Shown piece after piece: positions 60,401-64,000 of a stretch of 64,000 bases of DNA. The translations under genes were made by a program, and so were the position numbers. The notes under the pieces were generated by a model. The model saw only the letters and a program-made list of their open reading frames with translations, was not told the origin of the DNA and made no database searches. This DNA is from an uncultured bacterium (lineage in GTDB: Bacteria > Oederibacteriota > JAAXVQ01 > JAUVAV01): contig CAVQBK010000013.1 in the NCBI GenBank assembly GCA_963710755.1, forward strand, positions 192,001 through 256,000, written 5' to 3'. How positions within the stretch are numbered: the stretch's first letter is position 1; each line of letters opens with the position of its first letter.

Positions 60401-63400
60401 AGGGGCTGCCAGATGTTCCAGTATAGGTAATAGCTTAACCAGCATCTCAATGACCCGTCCTCGCAAGGTGCGGGGATAAGCAATGGATTTCAATACCTCT
60501 AAATAATTAAACCGTTCCCGGTTGATGTCCCTTTCTTCCCCTGCCTCGAGCTGACCCAGGTAATTGGCCCCGCCTAAACGGCTCACATAGTAATCCGCCG
60601 GCAAGCCGCGAAAGCCCATATTCATTGCATAGAGCACCAACTGGCGGGCAATCTGCATAGTCAAGCCATCCTGGTATTGCCCAGGATGGTTTGGTTCTTT
60701 GGGATTAAGCGCATCTTGGGTGGTGGAACAAACTTCATAAGTATAAGTTCCGCCGCCCGGTGCCTGTGCGGCTTTGGGTTTGGCACCATAGCGCCCTGCC
60801 AGGGCTTGACTGAACTGTTCTCTAACCTTCTGTGCCAGAAGGCCGTAAGTGGCTTTAAAAGGAATGCCGTCATGACAGCCCGCCAGATTGACGATCTGGC
60901 GGTTGACAAAGCCTTTGGCCTGCTTTTGGAACTCGGTATAGACCTTGACTGATTTAGCCCAGATGGCCTCCAACCCCAAAGTATAAGCGGCAAAATTATA
61001 AACTTTACTGACCTCCGGCCGTTGCTCTCTTTCCAGATAGGTCTCTATGGCTTCCATTTTTTCATTGACTTCACCCACGGTTTCCACATAGGGTGCCGCA
61101 TAATTGAGTACCATCTCCAGCGCTTGTAGTAATTGATGGGTTTCAGGCAAATGCATGGCCTGCGTTTTCATACGCTTCACAATATAGCCTACAGCATCAA
61201 AACGTATCATGGTAGCGCCTTGGGTAATGTAAAACAACAGCACCTTGGACAGTTCCAGAAAGACTTGGGGATTGTCATAATTCCAATCAGTCTGACGTGT
61301 ATCAATGGTACCGTCGCTGCGGTCCGGCCGGGTAAAGGTGGTATACGCATAGGCTTGGCCCAGAATTCTCACCTGCTGGGCTGGCACTTTTATTTGCAAT
61401 CGTGCAGTTTGCAAGCGCTCTTGTTCAGAAGGTACATCAGGCACCAGCTGCCATTGACCGTCTTTAAGCTGAAGGGCTTGATAGGTAAGACCGTAGGGCT
61501 TACCATAGATGGCCTGTAAAATAATTTGGCTCGAACCATCAGGCAAAGGCACATGGGCTTCAGCCACGAAATAAGGCGTAAAAGGTCGACCAAGGCGGGG
61601 CCGGATGAAGGAATCCGTGTCTTCCACCGGTGGCAGGTCGTCATATATTTTGACGAAACTTTTATAAGGCGCATAGGTCTGATAACGCGGGTCGTCGTGA
61701 TTAAGAAAATGCTCAATCAAGGCTTTTTGCACCCAGGGACCGTCGCTGGAACCGTGCAATGCGGAAAAATCAAACATCAGATCAGCATAACGGCTGAGTT
61801 GTTTAATATCTTTCCATGTACCCAGATCAGGACTGACTTTTTTCAAATCAATGGGTGAATACCCATTATCCACATCGGACGGGTAAAAGGGCGCAAGGTG
61901 GATCATTTTAAGTTTAAGGCGTTTGGCCATTTTTAACAGTACTTGCAAAGGCAATAAATTGCCATGAGGGTCCACAAAAGAATTGCCGTAAACCATGGTC
62001 AAAAGATCAGCCTGGGAAAAGCGGCGCAGGTGCTGCAGTTTGGCCCATTGCGCCGGCGTCAATTGGCTGCGAAAGGTCTTGACCGCGGCGATCAGCTCAT
62101 CCACCAAGGTGCCGGTCTTATCCCCATAAAAGGAACTCAGTTGACTGATCATGGCTGATCGAAATTGATATTGCGCCTGTTCTGCCTGAAGCATAGCAGG
62201 AGAAGATTCCTTAACGGCTTGAGCCCCTGAAGTGTAGGCGTCCTGCTCTCTTAACATGGTTGTGGCAGCCTGGGTCCGCGTTGCACCCTTGGTGCTGGGT
62301 TGGCCCTCAGCCGTGACCGGGACCAAGGCGGCTTGGCTTCTCCAAGGCCGGGTTAAACTCAGGATCATCACCGCCATGGCCATGGCGAGCATGGCCTGTG
62401 GAGACGTCAGCGTCAACAACGAAGCCCAAGCCAAATGAGCACCGGCATAGGCTGCAACCAAGGTTGAGATCCAAAACCAGGGCCCGCGATGGCCAAAAAG
62501 ATGAACTGGTTGCAACGCAGGATTTAAGGCAGCGGCCAGGTTCTTTAAAAAATCACGGTCAAGCTTTTGGAAAGCCACCACATCTACAGTGGGCAGTCTG
62601 GAAAAAACGGCCTTACCATGGGTCATGACCAAGGCCTTGGCTTTTTGGGAAAAGGTGCCGCCCACAGCCGTGAGCAGCAATAAAGGCTGTTTACGATTTT
62701 TTAAGGCCACACGATGCAGGCGGACACCCGGGGGCAAAGGCACGGGTGAAAACTCTTCTGTCCAGGTTTCTCCTTCCTGCTGCAGCCAGGTTTGCAGTAC
62801 TTGCTTTTGACTGTTATTCAACCGCTCTCCCTGGTGACGGGCCAGGGCGCCCAAAAGCAAGGCCATGACACGGTTACTCCATGGCGACTGCAACCATGAG
62901 GGCAGCGCAAAAAAGCGTTCATCCTTTTTTAATAACCTTTCCAGGGGTAAGGCTTTGCCCTGAAGCAAACTGAAATAAGGATTAAGACGGCCATGATTTT
63001 CCACCCGGGGTTTAACCGCCAAATAGCCGATATGTTGGGCTTTGAGGTACGCAAGAATCTTCGGTGTATGAAAACCGCCGGTGATCATTACTGCCAGTGA
63101 TTGGTCTTGCCGGTCCATGGCCTGCACCATGTTTCGGGCCAGGGCCAGGCTGCGCGCTTCTGCCAATTGATAAAACAGCTGAGCCTGGTCGAGATCCTGG
63201 TCCAGCTGATACAGGTCAGGCAGCATATACTCCACGGAGGCCAGCTGGTTTACAGGGCTCAACTTGGGATGTTTCTGGCGCAGATAGCGAATGAAACGCT
63301 CCATCCTGAACTCATTGCGATGCTTCAGAAAAAGAGCAAGTTCTTCAGGGGTGGCGGAAATGTTGAGCAGCTTTTCCATAAGATCAACCCTGGCCAGATA

Positions 63401-64000
63401 GTGTTGCAATTCCCTGGCCTGCGCGCTGGAATCAAGCCGCTTCTCAATGAGAGCGATCAGGCGGTCCATGGCCTGGATCAGAACATCAGGATCGGCGCTT
63501 CTTCTCTTCTCGACAATGGCCAGATCCAATGTATGTAACCCCAACCGTTTGGCCCAATGGCGCACCTTTTCAGCAAAAGACAGCCACTCCAGATCGCCCT
63601 TATGAAATGATTGGCATAGGTTGTCAAAAGCCATTAACCGCTGGTTATAAACTGAAGGTTTAAAATCACTCAACGCCTGACGCAAATCCATCAGTGTGCC
63701 CTGAGTCCCGGCATTAAGAAAGGCATGAATCTTTTTCAAACTCGCTGCATAAAGAAACTGGTTTTCAAGGCCAACGATTGACAAGGCCTGATGGTTATTA
63801 AGGGCCGCGTATTCAGCCCCCGTTAATTTGCCTTGGTCTAAAAAATAAGAAGTTACGTGGTCAAGATATACTTTAAAAGGAAAGCGCCGGAGATGGTCAA
63901 CCTTGATTGGTCCGGCAGCGCCTTCCTGACCGATAAGGGTCAGATGATGTTTTTGATTAAGCTCTTTAATAATGGCGGCAATATGGCGCTGCACGGCTTG
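57404..64000 (-). CDS. Giant modular protein B (5' end beyond the window): conserved N-domain, TM pair, GH13_18 sugar phosphorylase, membrane bundles
   Basis: Frame open to the window edge (QAVQRHIAAII aligns with YDVQRNIAKIL of protein A); RFDAVGY, GEVNE and CHDG catalytic motifs. Confidence 0.9.
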   Translation of the reverse strand, partial: QAVQRHIAAIIKELNQKHHLTLIGQEGAAGPIKVDHLRRFPFKVYLDHVTSYFLDQGKLTGAEYAALNNHQALSIVGLENQFLYAASLKKIHAFLNAGTQGTLMDLRQALSDFKPSVYNQRLMAFDNLCQSFHKGDLEWLSFAEKVRHWAKRLGLHTLDLAIVEKRRSADPDVLIQAMDRLIALIEKRLDSSAQARELQHYLARVDLMEKLLNISATPEELALFLKHRNEFRMERFIRYLRQKHPKLSPVNQLASVEYMLPDLYQLDQDLDQAQLFYQLAEARSLALARNMVQAMDRQDQSLAVMITGGFHTPKILAYLKAQHIGYLAVKPRVENHGRLNPYFSLLQGKALPLERLLKKDERFFALPSWLQSPWSNRVMALLLGALARHQGERLNNSQKQVLQTWLQQEGETWTEEFSPVPLPPGVRLHRVALKNRKQPLLLLTAVGGTFSQKAKALVMTHGKAVFSRLPTVDVVAFQKLDRDFLKNLAAALNPALQPVHLFGHRGPWFWISTLVAAYAGAHLAWASLLTLTSPQAMLAMAMAVMILSLTRPWRSQAALVPVTAEGQPSTKGATRTQAATTMLREQDAYTSGAQAVKESSPAMLQAEQAQYQFRSAMISQLSSFYGDKTGTLVDELIAAVKTFRSQLTPAQWAKLQHLRRFSQADLLTMVYGNSFVDPHGNLLPLQVLLKMAKRLKLKMIHLAPFYPSDVDNGYSPIDLKKVSPDLGTWKDIKQLSRYADLMFDFSALHGSSDGPWVQKALIEHFLNHDDPRYQTYAPYKSFVKIYDDLPPVEDTDSFIRPRLGRPFTPYFVAEAHVPLPDGSSQIILQAIYGKPYGLTYQALQLKDGQWQLVPDVPSEQERLQTARLQIKVPAQQVRILGQAYAYTTFTRPDRSDGTIDTRQTDWNYDNPQVFLELSKVLLFYITQGATMIRFDAVGYIVKRMKTQAMHLPETHQLLQALEMVLNYAAPYVETVGEVNEKMEAIETYLEREQRPEVSKVYNFAAYTLGLEAIWAKSVKVYTEFQKQAKGFVNRQIVNLAGCHDGIPFKATYGLLAQKVREQFSQALAGRYGAKPKAAQAPGGGTYTYEVCSTTQDALNPKEPNHPGQYQDGLTMQIARQLVLYAMNMGFRGLPADYYVSRLGGANYLGQLEAGEERDINRERFNYLEVLKSIAYPRTLRGRVIEMLVKLLPILEHLAAPISPGLTAQLRSFHRQLDKRRDRMGLINQAKEKLFAVRARENAFDPNGPPVVVLDAHNDAVLCRFYESPDGMDFIVDLLNVSDQPQQVRVPLNQVSRMGQTFHDLLSRKRIDLKNNQLIITLKPYQVMWLKTTATALPDEAHQARLYQYSQAYKRKAFVYQPPAGDKEGPGVVGLPDLVWQEAGAIPMLILWNQRLMQTRFGQWWQGRQGADYFPTAWRVESWPLWGIGLFGAAQYLTNGSLLPMSLGVLLYWTAFAFFHWVMPSSLTPEQKAQAYANAKRATRLALVNIGMAGMIFSLAGTSSLTLTLWAGLLAIGPWLNWKQGRRSDAARSSLDLSGLNGLRRAMKAYLTQFYEDASWVSGRFGDQHIEIKSRFDQSVKLVLERRPIQDADVWYDVRTEDGRSVARFSAFYAEDNRTLILSNIGKMDADLYSRLRVPEVLFDFSRQTAPHINIPHVLFPQSLAGLFFTYASATRLRGDQNRIIDLLEETIPPHGLPTGQSFSDEALVKHELTVFENILSQAWDKLRVQQPRFASQAKARRTGVKLAWLLWQKNHDLRQAAVAYAAGVLLTWSRNSGTLESYRKAYAQALTNGDADKAVIREVQTEILEPLFQKYKAILGWDLQRLAEALLMDPDQPEAQDNPYSQAIRQTSLAPTRPRGASYLWFKVHHWVRAHLLRLSNDHYHWTDFEQRAHWIETTYVWLAILAGLALTTWISSGDLMLLWDSLTTIGGSWAKALSATGWLGLYASAHLDRHTPQANLKVAARITAMVTVAHLLPLLMVIPLAYIIHGLVNYQGESRRLNQARAKAEQLTSFSPWALRFGPNMDMPASLVKPQKQASAWSLAGLLIKAILARRRLSVTTPPLKATVHLSDGDQLTLLAALANQDELLWRNLLKVKQVRLMALPASVGPWTYGLGLRQGQWLVRQGQIVTLYLPYHLARQLNAYQEQRPDRSVLTWLERLTAYAAYRYFLIRFPAGKEHRQWPRRPVFIRGLGQAA

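Noticed and set aside
1-64000. rRNA, tRNA, prophage, IS elements, known defence systems
   Set aside because: No recognisable signatures found by eye; the remaining short ORF-track entries overlap supported genes and are treated as shadows.

Overview
Bacterial chromosomal window of about 50% GC (by eye) from a diderm organism (TolC, a beta-barrel and a LolA-like gene are present). It holds about 48 genes, mostly on the minus strand. I recognised no rRNA, tRNA, CRISPR array, integrase or transposase. Routine content: RND+TolC efflux, PlsC, HDOD/response regulators/CheX, a CBS-domain antiporter, AhpC, a ZnuABC-like transporter, MsrAB, lipid enzymes (DAG kinase family, patatin, Cls, PHP-GT4), an NtrC-type two-component system, a KamA-family radical SAM enzyme, a DUF2089 operon, RsgA, Hsp20, an M4 protease and a Lol-like ABC cassette. 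The main result is two giant proteins (7991-15004, 2337 aa; 57404->64000, >2198 aa, truncated by the window). They share a conserved ~400-aa N-terminal domain and a similar Arg-rich 'IR..LGx[AS]A' C-terminus but carry unrelated cargo. One has a degenerate GlpX-like FBPase plus a tandem pair of GlnD-like HD modules. The other has an apparently intact GH13_18 sugar phosphorylase plus CPBP-like membrane bundles. This suggests a modular cargo-swapping protein family. Other observations: a decayed Fur/PerR pseudogene missing from the ORF track directly upstream of ahpC; a STAS-Ig-Zn ribbon-anti-sigma kinase fusion downstream of a membrane protein with 30 x 24-bp repeats; divergent sigma-54 promoters beside the enhancer-binding protein; and a frameshifted LolA-like gene. 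All family assignments come from motif recognition by eye, not from database searches.
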